Shown piece after piece: positions 55,443 to 64,000 of a stretch of DNA of 64,000 bases. The DNA comes from Candidatus Eiseniibacteriota bacterium (GTDB taxonomy: Bacteria; Eisenbacteria; RBG-16-71-46; CAIMUX01). The stretch is from positions 939 through 64,938 of the forward strand of contig JAWKQE010000010.1 of assembly GCA_041390305.1 (NCBI GenBank). The letters run 5' to 3'. How positions within the stretch are numbered: the stretch's first letter is position 1; every line of letters begins with the position of its first letter. Under the pieces are notes generated by a model, which was not told the origin of the DNA, searched no databases, and saw only the letters and a program-made list of their open reading frames with translations. Both the position numbers and the translations under genes were made by a program.

Positions 55443-56128
55443 GCCGCGTCCTCCTCTTCGTCCAGGGCTTCGTCCCCGCGCTCCCGGGCCGCCGCGTCCG
55501 CTTCCGCGAGCACCTGCGCGCCTCGGGCGTTCCGCACCGCATCGGCGATCCGGTTCCAGCGCGTCTCGACGGCCGCGTCCCATCCACCGCGGTCCGAGTC
55601 GACCCGAGCGTCGGCCGTTCCCAGCCCCGCGTCGGCCACCCAACGGACGCGATCATCGGAGACCGCTGCCCCCTGCTTCTGGAGCAGGTGGAGCGTGTCG
55701 GGGTGGAGACGGATCGTGACCCGCTCCGCGTCCCGCAGCTCCTCCAGGAGTCCCTCGATCACGTCGTCGATGCTCTCGGGACGGAGTTCGATCTCGCTTC
55801 CGACGACGGAGCGCGCCACCACGAGCGCCAACTCGACGATCTCCTTCGAGGAGACGTCGAGCATCTCGCGGCGAACCGACTCGAGCCCTTCGAGGAGATA
55901 CCCGACCGCCTCGAGTGCACTCTCGACGTTCCGGTCGAGACGGCGCACGTAGGCCTCGGCCTCCTGTGCCGCCTCTTCCCGACCGCGCTGGACCGCCTGA
56001 CGGACGGCGTCGCTCATGTCCCGCTCCGTGTAGAGGAGCGGGGCTTCGCGTGACCGCTTGCCTTCGCGTGGGGCCGCGAGCCTCAGCGGCCCTCCGGAGT
56101 CCACGATGTTCCGTACGAGGCTACTCAA
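55439..56128 (-). CDS. fliH: flagellar assembly protein FliH
   Basis: 229 aa between fliG and fliI. It has a charged coiled-coil N-half and a FliH/YscL-like C-half (EIVELALVVARSVVGSEIELRPESIDDVI). TTG start, so the exact start is uncertain. Confidence 0.7.
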   Translation of the reverse strand: MSSLVRNIVDSGGPLRLAAPREGKRSREAPLLYTERDMSDAVRQAVQRGREEAAQEAEAYVRRLDRNVESALEAVGYLLEGLESVRREMLDVSSKEIVELALVVARSVVGSEIELRPESIDDVIEGLLEELRDAERVTIRLHPDTLHLLQKQGAAVSDDRVRWVADAGLGTADARVDSDRGGWDAAVETRWNRIADAVRNARGAQVLAEADAAARERGDEALDEEEDAA

Positions 56129-57146
56129 TCATCCGCTCCGCATCACCGCGTGAGATGTGGACCTCTCCGGCCTCGTCGAGGCGGCGTACCGTGTCGACGA
56201 CGCGGCGCTGCGCCTCTTCGACCTGCTTGAGCGGTACCGGGCCCATGTACTCGAGTTCGTCACGCAGCATCTCGGACGCGCGCTGCGACAGGTTGCGGAA
56301 GATCTTCTCCTTGAGTTCTTCGGACGCCAGCTTGAGCGCGACCGCGAGATCTCTCGAGTCGACGTCCTTGAGGAGACGCTGGATCTCCCGATCGCCGAGC
56401 TGGAGGATGTCCTCGAAGACGAACATGAGAGCCTTGATCTGAACGGAGAGATCCGGATCTTCCTCGTCCAGCCTCTCCATGATGTTCTTCTCCGTACCGC
56501 GATCGACCTGGTTCAGCATCTCGGCCACCGCCTGGACGCCGCCGAGGCGCGCACGGGAGGCCCGGACCATGCCGGCGAGGTGCTGCTCGAGCACGCCTTC
56601 GATCTCGCGGATCATCTCCGGCGAGATCTGCTCCATCGTGGCCATGCGGGCGATGACGGACGGCTGCACTTCGGCAGGAAGCGCGGAGAGCACGGGCGCG
56701 GCGTGGCTGGGCTGGAGCTGGACGAGGATGAGCGCGATCGTCTGCGGGTGCTCCGACTGGATGAACGTGACGAGCTGCTTCGGGTCGACCCGGTTCAGCA
56801 TGTTCATGTGGAACACGTCGCCCGAGGAGTTCTCGGTGAGGCGCTGGAGGATCTCGTTGGCCCGGTCGACGCCGAGCGCCTGGATCAGCATGTCACGAGC
56901 GACCTCGACGCCGCCCTCGGAAATGAACTCCTGGGCCTTGGCCAGCTCTTCGAACTCACGAAGGACGTTCTCGGTCTGCTCGCTCGTCACTTCGGAGAGG
57001 CTCGCGACCTCGGCCACGAGCTGTTCCACCTCCTCGGGACCGAGCCAGCGGAAGATGCGCGCAGCCACGTCCGTCCCGACCGAGACGAGGATCATGGCCG
57101 CCTTCTGCGCTCCGGTCAGAGCCTGCTGGGGACGCGGAGGAGCCAT
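56121..57146 (-). CDS. fliG: flagellar motor switch protein FliG
   Basis: 341 aa with GAQKAAMILVSVG, EHPQTIALIL, MFVFEDI and the C-terminal torque-helix region. Confidence 0.95.
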   Translation of the reverse strand: MAPPRPQQALTGAQKAAMILVSVGTDVAARIFRWLGPEEVEQLVAEVASLSEVTSEQTENVLREFEELAKAQEFISEGGVEVARDMLIQALGVDRANEILQRLTENSSGDVFHMNMLNRVDPKQLVTFIQSEHPQTIALILVQLQPSHAAPVLSALPAEVQPSVIARMATMEQISPEMIREIEGVLEQHLAGMVRASRARLGGVQAVAEMLNQVDRGTEKNIMERLDEEDPDLSVQIKALMFVFEDILQLGDREIQRLLKDVDSRDLAVALKLASEELKEKIFRNLSQRASEMLRDELEYMGPVPLKQVEEAQRRVVDTVRRLDEAGEVHISRGDAERMIE

Positions 57147-58612
57147 CAGCTCGCCTCCTCACGCAGCCAGGTTCGAAGGATACGGCTCACTTCTTCCGGC
57201 TTCTGGCGCGCCAACTCGACGATCCGGCCACGCATGACCTCCGCCTCCTTCGGCTTCTTGATGAGGAGCGGGTTGTCGGCATCGGACACTTCCGGTTCCA
57301 ACTCGACCGGTGGCGGCGGGTTGAAGAGCTGCGAGCGGCGGACCATACGAACCGCCATGAAGAGGACGAGCGCGACGAGAGCAATGCTCCCGACCCGGCC
57401 CGCGACCTGGAGCAGCATGTTCATCCGCTGCGAGTTCACCATGTCCCGGCGTTCTTCTTCGTCGGCAGAGTTGTCGAACGCGATGTTCTCGACCGTGAGC
57501 TGGTCGCCCCGGGCGTCGTCGAATCCGATGGCGGTCCGGATGATGTTCTGGAACTTCGCCATCTCTTCGTCGGTCCGGGGGACGTAGACTCTCTCGCCGT
57601 CCGCGCCTTCCTCGTAGTTCCCGTCGACGAAAACGGAGGCGGTGATCCGGCTGACCAGGCCCGCCGGCTTGGTCTTGTGCTCGATCCGCTTGGAGATCTC
57701 GTAGTTCGTCGTCCCGGTCTCGGTCTTCTCACCGGTCTGACCGGTCGCATTCGTCGTCGTCTCGGAACGGACGACGGGGTTGTCCGCGTCGAACGACTCG
57801 ATCGTGCTCTCGGTCTTCTCGAAGTCCATCTCCACCGCGATCCGCGTGACGGACTTGCCGCGTCCGAGCACGGTCTCGAGGAGGGACTGGACCTTCTCGG
57901 TCATCTCCTCTTCCTTCTTCTGGACGAGAGCGAGTTGGTCGCTGCTCACGCCGAGAAGCGGATCCGCGTTCGGAGCGCTGAGAAGGTGCCCCGCCGTGTC
58001 GAGGAGCGTCACCTGGTCAGGAGAGAGCCCTTCCACGGCGGAGGAGACGAGGTGGACGATGCCCGCGATCTGCCCCGGCTGGACCCGGGCGCCGGACTTG
58101 AGCTGGAGGACGACGGACGCGGTCGCCGGCTTCTCCTCTTCGATGAAGAGGCTCGGCTCCGGAATGACGAGGTGGACGCGCGCGCTCTGGATCTCGGCCA
58201 GCGTCTGGATCGTGCGCGCGATCTCACCTTCCAGCGCACGGCGATGCTGGAACTTCTGGACGAAGTCGGTCCATCCGAGCTTGCTCGAGTCGAGGAGCTC
58301 GTAACCCGTACCCGAGCTCGGGAGTCCGTCGGCGGCGAGGGAGAGACGGAGGTCGTGGACTCTGTCCTGCGGCACCTTGATCGTCCCACCGCCACCTTCG
58401 ACCTCGTAGGGGACGTTCTCGCCGCGCAGCCGATCGACGATCACGGACGCGTCGGCCGTCTCGAGGTTCGCATAGAGGACGGAGTACTCGGGCTTGGCCG
58501 CCCAAGTCATCACGAAGATCATGAGGGCGACGAACGCAGCACCGAACGAACCGAGCAGGATCCGCTGGTTCTGCGAGAGTCGTCCCCAGAATTCTCTAAG
58601 CCGTTCGAGCAC
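57146..58612 (-). CDS. fliF: flagellar MS-ring protein FliF
   Basis: 488 aa with an N-terminal TM helix, YSVLYANLETADASVIVDRLRGENVPYEV, RALEGEIARTI, a second TM helix, and a FliG-binding tail. Confidence 0.9.
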   Translation of the reverse strand: MLERLREFWGRLSQNQRILLGSFGAAFVALMIFVMTWAAKPEYSVLYANLETADASVIVDRLRGENVPYEVEGGGGTIKVPQDRVHDLRLSLAADGLPSSGTGYELLDSSKLGWTDFVQKFQHRRALEGEIARTIQTLAEIQSARVHLVIPEPSLFIEEEKPATASVVLQLKSGARVQPGQIAGIVHLVSSAVEGLSPDQVTLLDTAGHLLSAPNADPLLGVSSDQLALVQKKEEEMTEKVQSLLETVLGRGKSVTRIAVEMDFEKTESTIESFDADNPVVRSETTTNATGQTGEKTETGTTNYEISKRIEHKTKPAGLVSRITASVFVDGNYEEGADGERVYVPRTDEEMAKFQNIIRTAIGFDDARGDQLTVENIAFDNSADEEERRDMVNSQRMNMLLQVAGRVGSIALVALVLFMAVRMVRRSQLFNPPPPVELEPEVSDADNPLLIKKPKEAEVMRGRIVELARQKPEEVSRILRTWLREEAS

Positions 58613-58637
58613 CGATCAGCCTTCCTCTTCGTCCCGA

Positions 58638-59036
58638 CTACATCTGCGTCCGCATGATCTCCTGGTAGGCACCGAGGAGACGGTCGCGGATCTCACGGGT
58701 CAGTCGCATCGCAATCGCGGCCTCGTGGGTCGCGATCGCCACGTCATGCAGCTCTGCCTCGCCACGGACGAACGCACGAAGCTGGTCGTCCGCGTTCAGC
58801 TGGAGGTCGTTCACTCCGTTCACGAACTCCTTCGCGGTATCGAGGAATCCGGGGCGATCGGCGCCGTCGGACATACGGAGCGCGTTCGTGCTCCCCGCGT
58901 CCTCGGCACCCAGAGCGCGCTCTGCCGCCTTGTAGCTCTCGAGGCCCTGCGCACGGTTCGCGCTCGCCCCGGGCAGCTCCTGCGGCATCCGGATCCCGGC
59001 GCCGATTCCGCCGATCCCTCCGATTCCGTTCGCCAC
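58638..59036 (-). CDS. fliE: flagellar hook-basal body protein FliE
   Basis: The C-terminal half is GEAELHDVAIATHEAAIAMRLTREIRDRLLGAYQEIMRTQM. GAGGGAGGA-N7-GTG start. Confidence 0.8.
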   Translation of the reverse strand: MANGIGGIGGIGAGIRMPQELPGASANRAQGLESYKAAERALGAEDAGSTNALRMSDGADRPGFLDTAKEFVNGVNDLQLNADDQLRAFVRGEAELHDVAIATHEAAIAMRLTREIRDRLLGAYQEIMRTQM

Positions 59037-59134
59037 GCGTCAGTCCTCCCTCTGAGGTCGGAGAGCGACCCGCGAGACCCGTCCATGGGTCTCACACGGC
59101 CATCCATGGCCCCGCGGGGTCACACTCACGACGT

Positions 59135-59671
59135 TCATCGGGCCAGATCCAGTGCCGACTCGGCCATCGACTTGGCCGCACTCAGCGCGGAGATGTTCGC
59201 TTCGTAGGCACGCGCCGCCACCATCATCGTCACCAGCTCCTGCGCGGCATCGACGTTGGGGAGACGCACGTTGCCGTCTGCGTCCGCGTCGGGATGACTC
59301 GGGTCGTAGACGGTGGGAAACTCCGACGGATCCTCGCTCACCTGGGCGGCAACGCCCTGAGGCGGAGTCTTGGGAGCCTGCGGAGTCGACACGACCGGCT
59401 TCCGGTTCATGTGGGCCGGATCGGTCGTGGCAAGAGGTGCCGGTTCGGTTTCGGGCAGTTGGATTCCTGGCTTCCTGCCGGAAACCGAACCGCCCGGACC
59501 ATCCACCGGCGTGGATTGAAAGGTGACGGCCTGGCGACGATAGGGATCGCCGCTCTCGGTCCGCGTCGTATACGCATTCGCGAGGTTCTCGGCCGCGATG
59601 TCCATCTGACGTCGCTGCGCGGTCAGACCGCTACGGGAGATGTTCATCCCAGAGAGGTACCGGATCTCCAC
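59135..59671 (-). CDS. flgC: flagellar basal-body rod protein FlgC
   Basis: ISRSGLTAQRRQMDIAAENLANAYTTRT.. and C-terminal ELVTMMVAARAYEANISALSAAKSM. AAGGAGG-N6-GTG start. Confidence 0.9.
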   Translation of the reverse strand: MEIRYLSGMNISRSGLTAQRRQMDIAAENLANAYTTRTESGDPYRRQAVTFQSTPVDGPGGSVSGRKPGIQLPETEPAPLATTDPAHMNRKPVVSTPQAPKTPPQGVAAQVSEDPSEFPTVYDPSHPDADADGNVRLPNVDAAQELVTMMVAARAYEANISALSAAKSMAESALDLAR

Positions 59672-59682
59672 CTAGGACCTCC

Positions 59683-60075
59683 TTATCCCTGCGTTCCGAT
59701 CGCGTCCATGAGACCGCGATACTTCTTCGCGACGAACTCGGACAGCGCGCGGTAGTGCACCGTGTTCTGCTGCAACTCGACCATCTCCTGCTCGAGTTCG
59801 ACCGATTCGATCCCGCGCGACTCGACTCGGGGGAGCACGCTCTCCGCGTTTCCGTCCGGGCCCGTCATGTGATCTGCGTGCGTGCGGACCGGCTTGGCCA
59901 TCTCTCCGCTCGCGCTCTCGAGGAGTTCCTCGAAGCGAACCTGCTGGGGGGCGTAGCCGGGCGTATTCGCGTTGGCGATGTTGGACGCGATGACGCGCTG
60001 CCGGAGGCTTCCGGCATCGAGCCCGGCTTTCATCTCGTCGAGCGATCTGTTTCCGAAGAGGAACGCCTCGATCAT
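59683..60075 (-). CDS. flgB: flagellar basal-body rod protein FlgB
   Basis: From MIEAFLFGN..: LRQRVIASNIANANTPGYAPQQV and ELEQEMVELQQNTVHYRALSEF. The ORF extension up to 60273 is non-homologous. Confidence 0.85.
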   Translation of the reverse strand: MIEAFLFGNRSLDEMKAGLDAGSLRQRVIASNIANANTPGYAPQQVRFEELLESASGEMAKPVRTHADHMTGPDGNAESVLPRVESRGIESVELEQEMVELQQNTVHYRALSEFVAKKYRGLMDAIGTQG

Positions 60076-60598
60076 CGCCTTACTCCCCACGTCTCTCGTG
60101 CGACTCGCACTCCGGACCCACGTCCTCTCGAGATCGCACCTCACATAGCCACAGGGTCGGGAACAGACAGCCTTGGCTCCCCGTTCCCGAGGCCCCGGAC
60201 CCGGTATGGGCCGCTTCGTAGAGGTAAGGGTTGTGCCAATGAGGGTGCGGCGAGGCGGGCCGTCGCATAGCACGTTGATTCCCTGCGGTTTGCCGTGGTC
60301 CGACGGAAGGCGACAGTGGAAGAGGGGTGCGCCGGGATTGCCGGGGGCGGCAGGGTTTGCCCCAGAGGTGGTCAGAGATTGCCCGTCACCTCGTGTCCTA
60401 CGCCCGTCCCCGCACCGAGACGCGACGCCTGCAGGCTACCGCTTGGCGGGGTCGGTGCCACGCGCCCTCCGAGTGGGGGAAAGCCCACGCGCATAAGGTG
60501 AGGAAACGGCCTTCGTTCGCCGATTCTTGAGGGAGAAGCGTCGGCCAGAGATGGCCGGTAGTCGAACGCGCCACGCCACGGAAGGCGGAGGATTGGAG

Positions 60599-62026
60599 AT
60601 GTCCGAGAGCACAGCCCAGCAGCTCGATCCCGGGTCGGAACCGAAGTTCGAACTTCGCGTCACCGACGACTCGATGCGCGTGCTCCTCACCTGCGATCGC
60701 AGCCTTCTCGAAGGACGCGATCTCTACGGCCGCGTACTCGCTGGACTCCAGGCACTCAAGGTGAAGGTCATCCGTGACCGCATGGACCTTCTCGCGCGCG
60801 CGGAAGTGGTCCTGTCCGAAGGCGACGGTGGATTCGTGGACGAACCGGTCGCGGAGGGAACCCCCTCGGTCCCGTCCGAAGACGCGCGCGTGGAGTGGAG
60901 CAAGGACTACTTCAACACGCAGTATGTCGTGGACCCAGAGACGGGACAGATCGACTTCACGCGCCGAGTCGGTGATCCGTCGGTCGAGGACGGTGAACTC
61001 GTCGCGGTCTTCCACCAAGCCAAGCCGGGCGTCCCGGGAAGTGATGTCTTCGGAAACGTGACGCAGGTCGCTCCGCCCAAGACGGAGCTGCCGGTGGCGG
61101 GAGACCACGTCGTCTTCGACGCGGAGGCTGGCGGACTCCGCGCGACCCGGTCCGGGAGGATCTCCCGCGATGAGAACCGGATCCACGTCGACAACGTCTA
61201 CGAGATCCTCACCGATGTCGGTGGCGAGACAGGATCCGTCAGCCACAAGGGCACGGTCATCGTGCACGGCGAGATCGACGACAGCTACGTCCTCGAAGCG
61301 ACCGAGGACATCGAGGTCCGCGGAACGATCCACGAGTGTCGGATCACCTGCGGCGGCAACCTCGCCGCCATGGGCGGAATCACGAGCAACTACAAAGGGA
61401 CGATCCGGGTCGAGGGCACCTGCCAGACCCGGTACGCCATCCAGACGAATCTCGACTGCAACGGACAGATCACGGTGGAGAAAGAGCTCTACCAGACCGC
61501 GACGCACACGTTCGAAGGCGTGACCTGTCCGCGCGGCCGGATCGTCGGCGGAAAGACGATCGCCTCGAAGGGAATCGAAGTGGGCGAGGCGGGCTCCAAG
61601 TCCGGAACTCAGACCCACCTCGTCATCGAAGCCGACCCGGCCACCCGCAAGAAGATCGCCGAGTGCCGGGCCGCGATCGACTCTGCCCAGAAGAAGCTCA
61701 ACGGACTCTACGACCGGTTCCGTCAGCTCAAGTCACAACTCGATTCCTTCGGCGCGGCCGGCGAAGCGGCGTTGGCCAAGACGCAGGAAGAGATCGACAC
61801 GGTCGAAGAGCAGATGCTGGAGTCGACGACCGCGATCCAGGACCTTCTCGAGAAGCAGAAGCTGGACAAGACGGCCCGGATCCTCGTCCGCGACAAGGTC
61901 TATCCGGGCGTCATCTTCAGGATCCTCGGTCACGAACTCCGGATCGACTCCCAGATCGGCGGCCCCTTCGTCGCCCGCCTCGACTGGCAGAAGATGGAGA
62001 TCACCCTCCAGTCCGGCACGGACTAG
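60599..62026 (+). CDS. FapA (DUF342) family flagellar-assembly-associated protein
   Basis: GGAGGA-N6-ATG at 60599. The beta-helix-like repeats (GSVSHKGTVIVHGEIDDSYVLEATEDIEVRGTIHECRITCGGNLAAMGGI...) and C-terminal coiled coil (...VYPGVIFRI) are typical of DUF342. It is divergent from flgB. Confidence 0.7.
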   Translation: MSESTAQQLDPGSEPKFELRVTDDSMRVLLTCDRSLLEGRDLYGRVLAGLQALKVKVIRDRMDLLARAEVVLSEGDGGFVDEPVAEGTPSVPSEDARVEWSKDYFNTQYVVDPETGQIDFTRRVGDPSVEDGELVAVFHQAKPGVPGSDVFGNVTQVAPPKTELPVAGDHVVFDAEAGGLRATRSGRISRDENRIHVDNVYEILTDVGGETGSVSHKGTVIVHGEIDDSYVLEATEDIEVRGTIHECRITCGGNLAAMGGITSNYKGTIRVEGTCQTRYAIQTNLDCNGQITVEKELYQTATHTFEGVTCPRGRIVGGKTIASKGIEVGEAGSKSGTQTHLVIEADPATRKKIAECRAAIDSAQKKLNGLYDRFRQLKSQLDSFGAAGEAALAKTQEEIDTVEEQMLESTTAIQDLLEKQKLDKTARILVRDKVYPGVIFRILGHELRIDSQIGGPFVARLDWQKMEITLQSGTD

Positions 62027-62153
62027 ATTGTGGCGGGAAGATTGGTGAATCACCAATCTCCCGGCCACAACCCACTGAGTGGACGAGTCTCCGCGACCCC
62101 AACTGCTCGGCGGCAACCAAACTCCGTCAGACGACGAAGTGGTCCCCGGGACC

Positions 62154-63623
62154 TCAACCTCCGGTGCGCGGGGAACGGTCCTGACGACCGCCGCCATAGT
62201 GACCGATGAGTCCAACCGGCGTTCCCGCTCCGTCGAGTTCGACTTCGATCCGGAAGTTCGGATTCTCCTCGAACCGGAAGACGACCGGGGTCATCGGAAC
62301 CATGGCCATCTTCGGCCGATCCCCACGCCAGTACCAGAGCGTCTCCCCGTCCCGCGCGATCTGCCGATCCCCGTACTGTCCGGCGTAGAGATCCATCGTC
62401 CCGGAGTCGATCGACACGGGCTCGAGGCGGCTCTCGATCTCGGCGAGTCCCCACTCGATCGAGGCCAGTGCTTCCGGATCCTCCGTCTTCTCCCGCAACA
62501 AGCGGAGTGCCTCGAGGTGAGCCCGATCCAAGGCCTGCGGCGCCGGGACCGCGATGTCAGGCGTGACTCCCGTGCCTTCCCAGTTCGTTCCGGACACCGG
62601 GTTGATCGCCCGTCCGAAGGGAAGCGACATCTCGAGATTGACGTACTGGAACCTGACCCGATCGACCGGGTGCGCTCCGCCGCCCGTCGTCTCTCCCACG
62701 ATCGTGCCGCGCTCGAGGTTCTGCACGTCGTACGTGAACTCTTCGGCGGCCGAGAACGTTCCGCCGCTCGTGAGTACGTAGAGCGGTGTCTCGTCGAGCC
62801 TCTTCCCTTCCACGTGAGCGGCCGTCCAGAACTGACGCGTCTCGTCGGTCTGCCGCACGTAGAAGCTGTTGATGTGGGTCGGTTGGGGCAGGAAGTAGCT
62901 GAGGAGCAGCTGGATCATGCTCGGGGATCCACCGCCGTTGAACCGGAGGTCGACGATGACAGCGTCACAGTTCGCGAGGAACGTTCATCGCCGCGACCGC
63001 GGTGTCTCCCCGAAGGTCGCGTCGATGAAGTTGTCGAACCTGAGGTACCCAACGTTGCCCGGCAGGATCTCGAGCTTCTGGAAACCGAAGTTGCGGCGCG
63101 CGAGCCGGGCGCGCTCCTCCTCCATCCACGCGCGCACGTCTTCCTCCGTGTCCGGGCGCGGGGCCGCGTCCTCCGGGCTGATCGCGAAGACGCGGAGATG
63201 GAGGTCGTGGCTCACACTGCGTAGGTCTTCGGTCAGACGATCCGAGAACGCGATCGGATCGGCGAGGTCGTCGTACGCACCTTTCTTCAGATTCTTCCGG
63301 ATGAGGGACTCCATCTTCTTCGCGACGTCCGGGAAGACATAGACCTCGTTCAGTGCGGTGGAGATGGAATCGACGGCGGCCGCCCGACGAACCGAGTCGA
63401 AGTCGGGACCGACGTCACCGGCCGGACGGGCCTGGGCCCTGGCCGTGCCGGCGGCGAGCATCAGCGCGATGATCGCCATTCCCAACCAAGGGACCACGAA
63501 CGCGACGCACGGCGACGAGCCGAGTCGTCCTACGCGCTGTGTGGGTACGGTGAGCCAAGACCGCGCAGCATCCAGCGCCCGCGCTCCGGTCGACGCCACC
63601 CAAGGGAACTCGAATGAGAACAT
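62154..63623 (-). pseudogene. S41 family peptidase with Peptidase_S41_N-type N-domain, interrupted by an in-frame TGA (62985-62987) as sequenced
   Basis: The N-fragment (AGGAGG-N8-ATG at 63621-63623) ends ..GNVGYLRFDNFIDATFGETPRSRR-stop. The same frame continues TFLANCDAVIVDLRFNGGGSPSMIQLLLSYFL...LYVLTSGGTFSAAEEF...GETTGGGAHP (S41 catalytic region). Between 62982 and 63011 the +2 frame reads GDTAVAAMN, the expected sequence. Confidence 0.75.
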
Positions 63624-64000
63624 GACATTCGCCTCCTGCCTCTCCCACACACACTGCTTTCGGAGCGTCGTCCTCGCCCCGATCACCATCACTCTCGATC
63701 TCAGACGTGATCGAGTCGGCGCAAAGCCTATCAAGAGGAGACGCGGAGCGGGGGCGGCGCGTTCACCCGACGGATACCGCCGCCGAGGGACGCCACCGAG
63801 CCCCGACGTCTGACTCGGAGTTCTTCGCGCCGTCGCCCCACCTCGCAGACCTCTGCGAAGCCGGGTGGGTATCTCGTCGATCGCAGCGGACCTCCGGATC
63901 CACCTGCATGGGGGCGCACATCGCTAAACCCTTCTGCTTCAGGTCACTATCGCAACCTCTCCACGATGGCACGACGGTTGTCACGTCCCTACCGAATGGG

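Noticed and set aside
55443-55643. N-terminal extension of the fliI ORF (MGGRRGAGNG...)
   Set aside because: It overlaps the fliH 3' end and is Arg/Gly-rich. The GTG at 55440-55442 forms a GTGA junction with the fliH stop and gives a canonical FliI N-terminus.
62985-62987. In-frame TGA of the S41 peptidase as selenocysteine
   Set aside because: The position is not a catalytic Cys/Sec site, and the flanking 30 nt read correctly in another frame. This points to paired indels rather than recoding.
1-64000. Mobile elements, prophage, integrons, tRNA or rRNA genes
   Set aside because: No integrase, transposase or phage-like ORF was recognised, no terminal inverted repeats, and no tRNA-like cloverleaf in the few sizeable intergenic regions (9170-9320, 16290-16520, 18680-18840, 22550-22940, 24295-24480, 60080-60590, 63630-64000). 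This was by eye only; tRNAscan or Infernal would be decisive.

Overview
GC-rich bacterial chromosomal window. I recognised no rRNA, tRNA, CRISPR array, transposase or integrase. All calls come from reading the supplied ORF translations and the DNA by eye, with no searches run. Start codons are best guesses, and family names rest on remembered motifs.

Layout:
(1) 0.1-22.9 kb holds mixed genes. These are two methyltransferases; an ECF sigma factor convergent with a giant Ser/Thr-kinase/NB-ARC/TPR gene; a small membrane protein; a lipoprotein; NhaA; a DsrE/YedF-like protein; an FG-GAP propeller with a T9SS-type C-terminal domain; a B12-radical-SAM enzyme; SulP plus DUF486 transporters; and a PAS/triple-GAF protein plus Cache-HAMP histidine kinase flanked by two paralogous Cys-rich exported proteins.
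(2) 22.9-28.7 kb holds envelope/EPS-type genes: DUF4139, Wzi-like, Gfo/Idh/MocA and WbaP-like.
(3) 28.9-60.1 kb is one co-directional minus-strand block. Its order is flgB-flgC-fliE-fliF-fliG-fliH-fliI-fliJ-(MotE/YlxF-like)-fliK-flgD-(TIGR02530-like)-flgE-fliL-fliM-fliN-fliO-fliP-fliQ-fliR-flhB-flhA-flhF-flhG-(small membrane protein)-fliA-(83-aa charged protein)-(690-aa DUF2802-like membrane protein)-HDOD-GGDEF-REC/GAF/HisKA. This is a Bacillus/spirochaete-type fla operon order fused to a c-di-GMP module.
(4) 60.6-63.6 kb holds a divergent FapA (DUF342) gene and an S41 peptidase.

Main oddities:
- Reading-frame disruptions cluster in non-flagellar genes: the ECF sigma, the kinase 5' end (at least 6 frame changes in about 450 nt, with the VAIK lysine encoded off-frame), the lipoprotein, wbaP and the S41 peptidase. 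fliI also lacks its expected stop.
- Three of the disruptions are short compensated frame excursions.
- There are three non-CRISPR intergenic short-period tandem arrays (9 bp, about 18 bp, about 19-20 bp).
- A paralogous pair of Cys-rich exported proteins shares a C-terminal WG[KR][IV]K..[FY]R tail.
- FliK is very long (975 aa) and contains an 18-bp tandem repeat.
- Several uncharacterised genes are embedded around fliA.

I did not find a clearly delimited new defence or secretion system. The candidates worth follow-up are listed as findings with modest scores.
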